A DNA stretch of 64,000 nucleotides from positions 310,001-374,000 of IMG/VR virus record IMGVR_UViG_3300032116_000001. The stretch is one strand, 5' to 3'. Both the position numbers and the translations under genes were made by a program. The notes below the pieces were generated by a model, which did no database searches, was not told the origin of the DNA, and saw only the letters and a program-made list of their open reading frames with translations. Positions 48,097 through 58,364 of the stretch are shown in pieces; the stretch's first letter is position 1, and each line of letters opens with the position of its first letter.

Positions 48097-48353
48097 CTAA
48101 GAGCCTTTCTTAAACGATCAGAAATGCTTTCCAAAGCATCATTCCAGCCCTTATGGTATTCGCTTGAGTTTTCTGATCGCTCTTCCTCGATTATCGCAAG
48201 CATTTCTTTAATTGCTTGCGATAATTTTTGATTTTCCTTGTGGATTGTTTCTGATCGTTTTCCTATAAGAAACATTTCATTCAGCAGTTCTCTTTTTTCT
48301 GCTTCGTGATTTTTGATCATTTGTTCTAAATGATTATTTTGCGGTAAGCTCAT
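48093..48353 (-). CDS. hypothetical protein
   Basis: 86-aa coiled-coil ORF. Confidence 0.55.
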   Translation of the reverse strand: MSLPQNNHLEQMIKNHEAEKRELLNEMFLIGKRSETIHKENQKLSQAIKEMLAIIEEERSENSSEYHKGWNDALESISDRLRKALS

Positions 48354-48427
48354 CGTTGAACTCCTTCGGGACTAATTTAGCCCTTTGGTATTTTTCTTCA
48401 AGTTTAATTGTGTTTTCCTGCATTATT

Positions 48428-49225
48428 TTACTTATCGTGGTTGCCAATCCAGTCAGGACATCCTTTCCATCCCTTGTTTTTGTATGTAAGGTGTGGACAT
48501 GACGGAATGTTATATGGTCTTTCTTCAGATGCAGAAAACTTATTCCAATCCTGCGAACTTTGGAGTCCCAGTGATCGAACATAATCCCGAGCAGATTCAA
48601 AATCAAGAAACTTTCCTCCTCTTCGCCTAGTTTTTGTACCAAGCCAATCACCATAGCCTTCCCATCCTTGGTTCTCATATTTTTTACAAGGCAACCACGG
48701 TATGTTATTGGGCTTTTGACCTGATTTGCAATAGGAAAACCATTCTTTCGCGTTTTTCAATCCCAGTGATCGAGCATAATCGCGAGCAGACTCAAAATCA
48801 AGATATTGGCGGTATCGATATGATACTGATTTAGTACCAAGCCAATCACCAAGAGAAACCCATCCTTTATCTTTGTAGATAGACCTTGGTGCTGAAGGTA
48901 TATTACTGGGCCTTTGACCAGATTTAATATAAGCTTCCCATTCTTTTGCATTTTTCAAATTCAATGACCGAACATAATCGCGAGCAGACTCAAAATCAAG
49001 GTATTGACGATTTCTTGGTGATAATCTATTATTTCCTAACCAATCCCCCCATCCTTTCCATCCTTGATCTTTGTAAACTGTGGTCGGTGAGCTAGGAATA
49101 TTACAGGGCTTCAGGCCCGATCTGCAATAAGATAGCCAATCTGTGAAACTTTTTAAATTCAATGACTGAACATAATCGCGAGCAGACTCAAAATCAAGAT
49201 ACTTGCTTGTTTTAGTAATTGACAT
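48428..49225 (-). CDS. protein made only of four phage-integrase-type repeat units
   Basis: 4x FESARDY.RSL.LK...W..Y...G..P.NIP..P...YK..GW....DW[LI]G. Confidence 0.8.
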   Translation of the reverse strand: MSITKTSKYLDFESARDYVQSLNLKSFTDWLSYCRSGLKPCNIPSSPTTVYKDQGWKGWGDWLGNNRLSPRNRQYLDFESARDYVRSLNLKNAKEWEAYIKSGQRPSNIPSAPRSIYKDKGWVSLGDWLGTKSVSYRYRQYLDFESARDYARSLGLKNAKEWFSYCKSGQKPNNIPWLPCKKYENQGWEGYGDWLGTKTRRRGGKFLDFESARDYVRSLGLQSSQDWNKFSASEERPYNIPSCPHLTYKNKGWKGCPDWIGNHDK

Positions 49226-49379
49226 AATTATTATATGATTGTGAAATAAATAAAAAGGGGATTTTTAAACTACAATCATATCCAAGAAAGCACTTTGTGA
49301 CAATAATCAATGCGCGAAAAAATTCCCCATTGTTTTAACATACGGAACATGGTACTAGAACAATGGGGAATTTTGAAGA

Positions 49380-50147
49380 TCAATCATCAATCGTTTCATA
49401 AGATGATCGAGCGCGAGGTTGATCTTGTGCTTGGGCCTTTTTTACCTCTTGCCCTCTTTTTGAATCATGCTCTAAGTTACGACGCTTCATGTTAAATTTA
49501 AACTTAATTACTTGCAGTCGCGCCCATTCAGTAAGACTTCCAAGAACTTTAACATCTTGATCAATCATGATATCAATTTTCTTCACCATGAGTGTTTTTG
49601 GCATCGCGCCATCAAGGGCTATGAAAACATTTTCGCTGAATTTTTTCATATTGGCAAGGCCAACGACGGGATGGTTAAATTTAAGATACGGATCACATTT
49701 TACAGTGTAAATTGCTTTAATCCTGCGGTAGCGGGTGCTGCCGAAAAGCCTTGCGTACCAGGGAACAATCATTTTGTCATAATCAAGGCGAGTGCTGAAA
49801 TGTATGTTTATAAGTTGATTTTCCCATGCCCCTCTCTTCATGGCGTCCATACTCTTGAACGTCACGGCCACTGACTGAATATGTCTATGACTTCGGGGAA
49901 CTGGTTCAGACGCTGCTGCACCCCACATACCTTGTGTCGCCGTTCTGATGGCAACTTCCATGTCTTTAAACGGCTGGTCTTCACTAAGCTCAACTCCAAT
50001 TTCTGCCCAGTTTTTGCGAATTTCTTTCCAGTGGTCCTCATTGATTGACGCAGCGGTCGCATCATGTTGTGAGTTGTTTTGAACGGGAGAAAATTTTATA
50101 TCTTTCTCCACAGTCTTTTTTGTCCTTTTGTTTTTATTTTTTGACAT
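49380..50147 (-). CDS. hypothetical protein, duplicate copy B
   Basis: paralog of 50266-51033. Confidence 0.7.
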   Translation of the reverse strand: MSKNKNKRTKKTVEKDIKFSPVQNNSQHDATAASINEDHWKEIRKNWAEIGVELSEDQPFKDMEVAIRTATQGMWGAAASEPVPRSHRHIQSVAVTFKSMDAMKRGAWENQLINIHFSTRLDYDKMIVPWYARLFGSTRYRRIKAIYTVKCDPYLKFNHPVVGLANMKKFSENVFIALDGAMPKTLMVKKIDIMIDQDVKVLGSLTEWARLQVIKFKFNMKRRNLEHDSKRGQEVKKAQAQDQPRARSSYETIDD

Positions 50148-50265
50148 GTTTTTACATACCTTTGTTTTTTATGGGCTCGTCAATGCCATTGTTCCACAAT
50201 AAAATCCATAAGCAATTGTAATTCGAAAGCCCCGTATTACAGGGGCTTTCAGGGATTTCTGAAGA

Positions 50266-51033
50266 TCAATCATCAATCGTTTCATAAGATGATCGAGCAT
50301 GGAGCTGGTCTGGCGCTCGACCTCTTTTCACATCATGCTCTGCTTTGCGACGCTTATTGTTAAATTTAAACTTAATTACTTGCATTTTCATCCATTTGGT
50401 AAGATTGCCCAAGCCTGTAACATCTTGATCAATTTTGACATTAATCTTCTTTATAATGAATGTTTTAGGAATCGTGGCACTGATGGCTTTATAAGCATTT
50501 TCGTGAATAGTTTTTGCATCAGAATTAATAGTTATAGGATGAAGCAAATCAAGATATGGTTCAAATCCCACAGTGTAGACTGCCTTAACACTGCGAAAAC
50601 GCTTAAAGTTGAAAATCCTTACATGCCACGGCATAATCATTTTATCATATTTAAGCCCAGTGTTAAAGTGTATGTTCATGATTTGTGTCTCCCATTCACC
50701 TTTTTTTAAGCCCTTTGGGCTTGTGATTTTGACGTTCACCAATTTTCTACCCTGATGGGCTGTTGAGTTGTTTATCATCTGAGTTTGTCTTGTCACGTCC
50801 CACAATGGTTCCGCCGCACCGCTAATGGCATTTTTCATGTCTTCAATAGGCTTGTCCTCGCTAAGTTCAACTCCGTGTTCTGACCAAGACTTACGAAGTG
50901 ATGACCAGTGTTCCTCATTATGACTTAGCAACATGGGAGTCGCACCGTGGCGCGAATAGGCTTTAGAAACAGGAATTGTTACCTTATTTTCGACAGATTT
51001 TTTTGTCGCTTCGTTATTTTTATTTTTTGACAT
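50266..51033 (-). CDS. hypothetical protein, duplicate copy A
   Basis: start MSKNKN; shared C-terminus ARSSYETIDD. Confidence 0.7.
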   Translation of the reverse strand: MSKNKNNEATKKSVENKVTIPVSKAYSRHGATPMLLSHNEEHWSSLRKSWSEHGVELSEDKPIEDMKNAISGAAEPLWDVTRQTQMINNSTAHQGRKLVNVKITSPKGLKKGEWETQIMNIHFNTGLKYDKMIMPWHVRIFNFKRFRSVKAVYTVGFEPYLDLLHPITINSDAKTIHENAYKAISATIPKTFIIKKINVKIDQDVTGLGNLTKWMKMQVIKFKFNNKRRKAEHDVKRGRAPDQLHARSSYETIDD

Positions 51034-51121
51034 GTTTTTACATCCCTTTGTTTTTATAGGCTTGCCAATACCATTATTCCACAATAAAATATATAAACGA
51101 TTGTGATTCGAAAGCCCCGCA

Positions 51122-54100
51122 TTACAGGGGCTTTCTTGCTGTTACATAAAGGAATTGGTATCTAATTTCCTGTTCTTCGATCACAAATCCAGCTGATTCA
51201 ATTTCCTGAATCAATTCTGACACACAATCGGACCAGCGATCCTTTGGCTCTGCGATCATAAGTGTCCCGCCGTTCGCAAGGCAACGATGAGCTTCTGTTA
51301 GATACTCTCCAAGATTGCATCCCATGAGCGAAAGCGAGAATACAGCAACGTCAATATCGCCGTTCATCAAAGGAATTTTAGATATATCACAAGATACAAC
51401 GTCTTCATTGATCGCGATATGATCGAAGCTGTGAACTCGATGATTTGGCAATGCCTTGGCAAGCAAGGCCTCTCCACACCCGAGATCAGCCACTACTAAT
51501 CGCTGTGACATTTGATTGATTTTCTCAGCAATCTTTTCGTAAGGAATCTCTTCCCAGTTCTTTCGTTTGTCCCCATAGAGCGTGTGATACAGATACCATT
51601 CCGATGGGTCATCTTGAAGCCGCTTGTGTGTTTTTTGTGAATTCGTGATGTTCCATCGACGATTCATTTCACTAAAATCACCATGGCGACGTTTTGCTTC
51701 TATTTCTACTTCGGGCGGAAGCGGAATGATCAGCATGGAGCGATCAATTAGCATAATCTCGTCGTTTTCCAGTCGCTCAACCCACTTATCAAGAGCTTCT
51801 TGCGACTTCTTAAGCATCTTAGAAGGATCAGCAAGCTCACCCTTCGCAACAGTGCCATCTACGGCACAATCCGCAAGTGTTCGTTTATAGTGGATACGAC
51901 CAAGGCGAGACTCGTCATAGGACCAGCGCAAAGGCTTAATGCCTCCTTCCACGAAGCCTTCCACGTAAACCACGGGGATCACAATGTCTACACCTTCATC
52001 AGTAAACTTACTGCCCTGGCGATGGATGCGACCAATTAGCTGATGGTATTCTGCCGCAGTCCAGGGCAACGATGAAATCACCATTCGGTTGGAGACATGT
52101 TGCAATCCATCCACACCCGTAGACACAGGCTTGCTACCAACGAGAACATCTACCTTGCCATCGCGGAACAAGTCCACGCCCGTATTGTCTTCACCCGTGA
52201 AAATACCAACCTTTAACTTAAGTTTAGCGCGAATCTCGTCAGCAATCATTTGTGTGAGTTCTCCCCCACCGACGTAATGCGAATAAACAATCGTACCTTT
52301 TTTAATATTGGCCAATAGTGTAGGCATTTTGATTTTGAGCAATGCTCGTTCCATCGCCACAACATCGCCCTTGGGTACTTTAAGCAAATTATCGATATGA
52401 TCGGAAGCATCAATTTCAGGATGATGTTCGCGAGGCTGATCCATATACGAAGGGCGGTAACGAATGCCATTAATCACCAAGTGGTAATGCAGCCTTAAGG
52501 CGTTGTTCACGTTCGACTTGTGCATCAAATCTTTGTATTCATGGCCAGTTACAAATTCTAGAAGCTTTTTGCCCTCCATCAAATTATTGATCACAGGCGT
52601 CGCACTCATGCCTAATACCTTGAGTTCTGGATTATTTTCCTGGGCTTGAACCCGAAGGGCGCGAAGAATCTGCAATCGCTTCGATTCGTCTTCTGATCGT
52701 TGCTTAATGTTATGAATTTCATCGATCACAAGGAAGTCAATACTCGCGCTTTCCAATAGTTTTCGCACATAATTACTTGAATTTGGCTGTTGGAAAGATT
52801 CAAAGTTCAGAATAACATAGTTGTGCTTGTCTCTATCAAAATCTACTGTATCAAGGTCTTTCGTAAACACAACGCTATCGGGGAATGTGTTCTTGATAAC
52901 AGATTCCCAGCCGCTTAAAGTAGCGTTCATGGCTACGATCACCGTGACACGAGCATCGATCACGCGACTAGTGAAAACCGCGCTGAGAGTTTTGCCAGCC
53001 CCTGTGCCGCTCATATTCAAAACGTAGCTTTGATTTTGCACCAAAACCGTCGTCAGGCGTTGCATCATATTAGGAAGTGTGATTTCCGTTTGCCCCTTGA
53101 GTCTGAATTTATATCCGTCAGGAATGGGAATGTTTTTCGCCTGTTCTAGCTGTGTCAAAAACTTGTTAACGATGACTTGATAATATTCACCCTTATCGGA
53201 ATAACTCAGCACTTCCTGAATATCAGGAGCGTTGATGTCTTCCCCGTTATTCAGAAAAGCGTTCCACAATCGCTGAGTGCGATTGGCAATCATGAAGCCA
53301 ATCGCTTCACCGTCGGCCATCGCAGGAATATTTCCCACAAGGTTATCGGGCGTGGAAAAGTCGCGGCTCTTAAGCGGCTTGATAGGATGATTCGCTGTCA
53401 GAGCAGCAATGCCCGTGGCACGAGGGCCATTTGCTTCATCATCGGCTACTGTATCAACCACTTGATAATCATCAAAGTCATCAAAATCATCTAATTCTTC
53501 ATCCGTGATTTCGCCGTTCTCGATGGCATCTTCAGTATCCTTAATAATTTCATCTAATATAGCTTGCTTCTCTTCATCTGACTTATTGGAGTCGATGATT
53601 TCCTCTAGTCTTTTAATAAGTTTAGAGGCTTTAGATGTGCCTAAAGATGCCGCCTTGGCGAGCCCGCTTTGCATTTGTATCAAGTAAAGCTCGCTGGCGT
53701 CCAAATACGGAGCAAGAGACTGAATGGATTTCAAGAATCCCAAATATGATCGGGAGTTCCAATGGCCCTGATAGCCAAGGAAATCTGACCAAGAAGTCCA
53801 TCCCCGATCTTTATAGGACTTAGAGGGATCACCAGGAATATCATCGGGCTTTTGTCCTGATTTACAATAGGGTGACCATTCACCTTGTGACTTCAATCGC
53901 AATGATCTAGCATAATCACGAGCATCTTCAAATGGCCTAAAAACACGATCTTGAGGGGCGACAGTTCCAGTTCCCAACCAATCACCCATCCCAATCCATC
54001 CCTGATCTTTATATGACTGATGAGGAGCGACAGGAATATCATCAGGTTTTTGCCCTGATTTACAATAGGATTTCCATTCCTCAAGATTCTTTAATCCCAG

Positions 54101-55351
54101 TGATCTAGCATAATCACGAGCATCTTCAAACGGCTTGTAAACACGATCTTGAGAGGCGATAGTTCCCGTTCCTAACCAATCACCATATCCATTCCATCCC
54201 TGATCTTTATATGATCTATCGGGATTAGCAGGAATATCATCAGGTTTTTGTCCCGATTTGTAATAGGATTTCCATTCCTCACGATTCTTCAGCCCCAATG
54301 ATCTGGCATGATCGCGAGCATCTTCGAATGGCCTAAAAACACGATCTTGAGGGGCGACAGTTCCAGTTCCTAACCAATCGCCATATCCATTCCATCCCTG
54401 ATCTTTATAAACGTGATCGGGAGCGGCAGGAATATCATCAGGTTTTTGCCCTGATTTACAATAGGATTTCCATTCCTCAAGATTCTTTAATCCCAATGAT
54501 CTGGCATGATCGCGAGCATCTTCAAACGGCCTAAAAACACGATCTTGAAGGGCGATAGTTCCAGTTCCTAACCAATCGCCATATCCATTCCATCCCTGAT
54601 CTTTATAAACGTGATCGGGATGGGCAGGAATATCATCAGGTTTTTGTCCCGATTTACAATAAGAATACCATTCATCACGATTCTTCAATCCCAATGATCT
54701 AGTATAATCGCGAGCATTTTCAAACGGCTTGTAAACACGATTAAAACTGGCGATAGTTCCAGTTCCCAACCAATCACCCATCCCAATCCATCCCTGATCT
54801 TTATATGACTGATAGGGAGCGGCAGGAATATCATCAGGTTTTTGTCCCGATTTACAGTAGGATTCCCATTCACGTAGTGATTTTAATCCCAATGATCTAA
54901 CCTGATCGCGAGCATTTTCAAACGGCTTGTAAACACGATTAAAACTGGCGATAGTTCCAGTTCCCAACCAATCACCCCATCCTTTCCATTCCTGATCCTT
55001 GTAGGACCTATCGGGATTATAAGGAATATCATCAGGTTTTTGTCCCGATTTGCAATATGATTTCCATTCACGTAGTGATTTTAATCCCAATGACCTAGCA
55101 TGATCGCGAGCATCTTCAAACGGCTTGTAAACACGATCTTTAGGAGCGATAGTTCCAGTTCCTAACCAATCACCCCATCCTTTCCATCCCTTATCCTTGT
55201 AAGACCTATCGGGAGTAGTAGGAATATCATCAGGTCTTTGTCCCGATTTGCAATAAGATGACCATTCCTCACGATTCTTCAATCCCAATGATCTAGCGTA
55301 ATCCCGAGCAGATTTGAAGTCTAAAAATTTTCTTGTTTTAGTAATTGACAT
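51122..55351 (-). CDS. 8x repeat domain + SF2 (SNF2-like) helicase + class I SAM methyltransferase
   Basis: SGTGAGKT, DEIH, SATP, QLIGRIHRQG; VADLGCGEA...AVFSLSLMG. Confidence 0.88.
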   Translation of the reverse strand: MSITKTRKFLDFKSARDYARSLGLKNREEWSSYCKSGQRPDDIPTTPDRSYKDKGWKGWGDWLGTGTIAPKDRVYKPFEDARDHARSLGLKSLREWKSYCKSGQKPDDIPYNPDRSYKDQEWKGWGDWLGTGTIASFNRVYKPFENARDQVRSLGLKSLREWESYCKSGQKPDDIPAAPYQSYKDQGWIGMGDWLGTGTIASFNRVYKPFENARDYTRSLGLKNRDEWYSYCKSGQKPDDIPAHPDHVYKDQGWNGYGDWLGTGTIALQDRVFRPFEDARDHARSLGLKNLEEWKSYCKSGQKPDDIPAAPDHVYKDQGWNGYGDWLGTGTVAPQDRVFRPFEDARDHARSLGLKNREEWKSYYKSGQKPDDIPANPDRSYKDQGWNGYGDWLGTGTIASQDRVYKPFEDARDYARSLGLKNLEEWKSYCKSGQKPDDIPVAPHQSYKDQGWIGMGDWLGTGTVAPQDRVFRPFEDARDYARSLRLKSQGEWSPYCKSGQKPDDIPGDPSKSYKDRGWTSWSDFLGYQGHWNSRSYLGFLKSIQSLAPYLDASELYLIQMQSGLAKAASLGTSKASKLIKRLEEIIDSNKSDEEKQAILDEIIKDTEDAIENGEITDEELDDFDDFDDYQVVDTVADDEANGPRATGIAALTANHPIKPLKSRDFSTPDNLVGNIPAMADGEAIGFMIANRTQRLWNAFLNNGEDINAPDIQEVLSYSDKGEYYQVIVNKFLTQLEQAKNIPIPDGYKFRLKGQTEITLPNMMQRLTTVLVQNQSYVLNMSGTGAGKTLSAVFTSRVIDARVTVIVAMNATLSGWESVIKNTFPDSVVFTKDLDTVDFDRDKHNYVILNFESFQQPNSSNYVRKLLESASIDFLVIDEIHNIKQRSEDESKRLQILRALRVQAQENNPELKVLGMSATPVINNLMEGKKLLEFVTGHEYKDLMHKSNVNNALRLHYHLVINGIRYRPSYMDQPREHHPEIDASDHIDNLLKVPKGDVVAMERALLKIKMPTLLANIKKGTIVYSHYVGGGELTQMIADEIRAKLKLKVGIFTGEDNTGVDLFRDGKVDVLVGSKPVSTGVDGLQHVSNRMVISSLPWTAAEYHQLIGRIHRQGSKFTDEGVDIVIPVVYVEGFVEGGIKPLRWSYDESRLGRIHYKRTLADCAVDGTVAKGELADPSKMLKKSQEALDKWVERLENDEIMLIDRSMLIIPLPPEVEIEAKRRHGDFSEMNRRWNITNSQKTHKRLQDDPSEWYLYHTLYGDKRKNWEEIPYEKIAEKINQMSQRLVVADLGCGEALLAKALPNHRVHSFDHIAINEDVVSCDISKIPLMNGDIDVAVFSLSLMGCNLGEYLTEAHRCLANGGTLMIAEPKDRWSDCVSELIQEIESAGFVIEEQEIRYQFLYVTARKPL
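53773..55330 (-). repeat. eight 198-bp (66-aa) coding tandem repeats
   Basis: unit YKPFEDARDHARSLGLK...GDWLGTGTIA...RV. Confidence 0.92.
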
Positions 55352-55869
55352 AATTATTATATGATTTTGAAATAAATAAAAAGGGTATTTTTTAATTTTC
55401 TAGCAACAGGGCCTCGCCAACGATCCCCGAACAGAATATGAAATTGTTCAGCGATTATATGGCCTTTCGTTTATATAATGTACATCGTGTTAATATAGAT
55501 CATTCCCATCAAGGCGGATGATCGCGAGCAAATTATTAATGTGATGTTTTAAGCCGCGGTAAGATTTTTCATTCTTAATGACTTTATAAAACTGTTTTAC
55601 TAAGGCCTTCCGCAATCTTCATATCCCGCCGCAATAAACGATATAAAATCGGCATTAAACATTACAATTGGTGATCGCCCAAACTCATTAATCCCAAAAT
55701 GCGTATCAATGTAATGGCCATAAACGCCAGTGAAGAACACGTCTCCGTGTTCGTTCCAAATTCTGTTGACCAACACGGGAATATCCGACATATACATTGC
55801 CTTCTGTCTAATATCTCGATAACTACTGAATTCATAAACACCATAGTGATTAAAGACTTCTGTGTAAAT

Positions 55870-56196
55870 TTAAGTATATTTCCAAGCATAAGGATGGGCC
55901 TGTATAGTTGACAGCAAGTCTTTTGCAGATTCAGGAGCAGATTCAACTACACGCAAGTATCTTTGAGCCTGCACATTGGCCATGTTGTAAACTTCGTCCA
56001 ATTTAAGTTCCTTATGAACTCGCGGGCAAGAAGTAAAACCCGCTCGCCAGACTGAGTAATTACCTGATGCCCGAGCCAAACGAACAATCATATCGATTGT
56101 TTCGCCCGTGGGGTCTTCTGTGTATTTTTTATACATTTCTTGGACCATATATCCAAGAGTTTGTTCTCTGGTATTAAATTTGTAAAAATCTTTCAT
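55870..56196 (-). CDS. hypothetical protein
   Basis: 108-aa ORF. Confidence 0.55.
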   Translation of the reverse strand: MKDFYKFNTREQTLGYMVQEMYKKYTEDPTGETIDMIVRLARASGNYSVWRAGFTSCPRVHKELKLDEVYNMANVQAQRYLRVVESAPESAKDLLSTIQAHPYAWKYT

Positions 56197-56217
56197 ATCT
56201 TATATATCCGATCATTC

Positions 56218-56622
56218 TTAAGAAAACAAATCATCCTCTTCAATAAGATCAACAGAACTCGACATCTTATCAGCATCTTCAAAAGACGGCAGTGATCCAT
56301 TTTCAGCAAAGTATTGTAACACGGGAAGCAATTGGCGCACTTGGTTTTGAGTTAAATGCATGCTTGTGCTAATTAGAACTTCTTTCGGGATTGGATATGT
56401 AACCCATCCGCTTTCGCCCTTGGTATCAATTCCAAGCTTTTTCGCGTCAGAAGACATGATTTTAGGATCGGGACACGTGATTCCAAGCCAAATTGCATCA
56501 AAGCATGCCGCACTGGACTTTTGGATTCTACATTCGCATCCGCACTGATCGTGGAACTTCAATCCACCAAAACCACGAACATCATAGGGGGTTTTAAAAA
56601 AACTTGATTCATTCATAATCAA
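56218..56622 (-). CDS. conserved phage hypothetical protein
   Basis: RGF...FHDQCGCECRIQKSSAA...AIWLG...MHLTQNQV. Confidence 0.7.
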   Translation of the reverse strand: MIMNESSFFKTPYDVRGFGGLKFHDQCGCECRIQKSSAACFDAIWLGITCPDPKIMSSDAKKLGIDTKGESGWVTYPIPKEVLISTSMHLTQNQVRQLLPVLQYFAENGSLPSFEDADKMSSSVDLIEEDDLFS

Positions 56623-56699
56623 TTGTTTCTACGATAGTGCGAATGCTTTTGACAGCACTATCGTAGGCCTAAGTGCCTTGATGATTTTTAAGAAACAGC

Positions 56700-57654
56700 C
56701 TAATCGGGAAAGTATTCTTCACCGTTTAGATAATAGCGTTTGGTGCCATCAGAGTAAAGCACCGCGGGAAGATTATTATCTCGATGTATTCTTCCTTTAC
56801 GCATCCAAAATCTGGTGCCGCTGCCCATAATAATAGCAGGCTTATCTTCATCGCGATGGATTTGTCCATTCTGATACCACTTTTGATTTCCGTTGGAATC
56901 TATGATCGCGGGCAAATCATTGTCTCGATGAATAACGCCGCTTCTGTACCACACTTGTCTTCCGTCCGCGTACAATTCAGCGGGCAAGCTTTCGTCAACT
57001 CGGCCTGTTTTTCCATGTTGACACCACTTTTGATAACCATCTAAACATACAATGGCGGGCAAATCATTACCTCGATGAAACTTTCCATGTATGAGCCAAA
57101 ATTGACTAAAATCTGCCGAAATTACTGCGGGCAAATCATTACCTCGATGCCTCACGCCGTCTTTATACCACGCTTGATACCCACTAGCCATTGTTATAGC
57201 TGGTTTATCTCCGTCGCGATGAAGCTTTCCGTTTTGAAGCCACTTTTGGCATCCATTACTGTAAATTATTGCTGGGAGGTCATTGTCTCTGTGTATAAAT
57301 CCATCTTTAAAATAAATTTGATTCCCGTCGTATTCAATTTTATCCACGGGAGGCATCAATCTCATTTTTTTCACGCAAATAAAATGCTCATCATCCTCAA
57401 GTTGAGAATATCCGTTGTCCCAGTCAATTTCCACAGGAAAAATCCTATCCACATCTAAAATCCATGGAGTGGGATGATCCGTAACATAAAACCCTTCTTC
57501 CCCCCCAATCTTCATCCCCTGCAACATACTCGCTCCATTTTGCGGGCTTATTATTTTCGGGTATATAAAGTTTTTTTCCTTCTTCCTCACTTAGCGTATG
57601 GTTTTGGAACATGACGTAAAATTGTTTGTTTCTAAGTTCGTTCATAATATTCAC
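56700..57654 (-). pseudogene. HRxxDLPA (MORN-like) repeat protein, frameshifted in a G7 tract
   Basis: about eight ~24-aa repeats; frames join EDW|GEEGFY across 57500-57506. Confidence 0.65.
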
Positions 57655-58139
57655 TGTTTTGTTTGTTTTACAGATTCCTTCATATAGTTTTGTTTAGAAT
57701 AATATCGGCCTTGATGTATCCAAATTTCACCACTTTTGATCATGTAAAGTATCCACAAGGATAACATATCTTTGTTAACTGTGGGAAAATTGGCGCTCAC
57801 CGTGTCGTGACAAATCCCCCTGGGCGCGGGCTTCAGCATGTCAAGCAAAGTCTTTCGAAATTCTTCTTTGGTGAATTCTTGTTCTTTAGAGTCTTGTTTT
57901 TCTAATTCTGGCAGAATTTTAAGTTTAACAATATCACCATTTAAAGACAATCTTTCCATGTATTTTTTCGCCATAACACGACTAGAAAATCCAAGGATTT
58001 CCCCCTCACCATCATTGTCATTGTTTAGTAAAAATTCGCCATCAACCTTGATGAAATAAATTTCACTCATATCTTTGCATATGTCTTCGCCAATGCTAAG
58101 ATTCCGTCCATCCCAAGTGATTAAAATTGGTTTTGTCAT
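57651..58139 (-). CDS. hypothetical protein
   Basis: 162-aa ORF, 4-nt overlaps. Confidence 0.6.
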   Translation of the reverse strand: MTKPILITWDGRNLSIGEDICKDMSEIYFIKVDGEFLLNNDNDGEGEILGFSSRVMAKKYMERLSLNGDIVKLKILPELEKQDSKEQEFTKEEFRKTLLDMLKPAPRGICHDTVSANFPTVNKDMLSLWILYMIKSGEIWIHQGRYYSKQNYMKESVKQTKQ

Positions 58140-58363
58140 TTTTGCTCCATAAAATATTCTTCCACATCCCTGCTTGCGCCATTTGTGTTAATTAATTCGT
58201 CAATTTCTTCTTTCCAGTAATTTATCATGTCATTAATAGCGCCACTGTCCTCGCCACCAGCGACGGCCCAGCCGTCAACATCACGAGACACAGTGTAATA
58301 TATTAGTTTTTTTGCAAAGCTTTCAACAGTTATGGTGAACCCTCGATGATAATACACAGTCAT
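58136..58363 (-). CDS. hypothetical protein
   Basis: 75-aa ORF in operon. Confidence 0.55.
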   Translation of the reverse strand: MTVYYHRGFTITVESFAKKLIYYTVSRDVDGWAVAGGEDSGAINDMINYWKEEIDELINTNGASRDVEEYFMEQK

Positions 58364-58364
58364 T

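Noticed and set aside
53773-55330. CRISPR array
   Set aside because: The repeats are 198 bp, in frame and lack unique spacers; no cas genes are present.
56700-57360. diversity-generating retroelement target
   Set aside because: No reverse transcriptase and no near-identical template repeat differing only at adenines is visible in this window.
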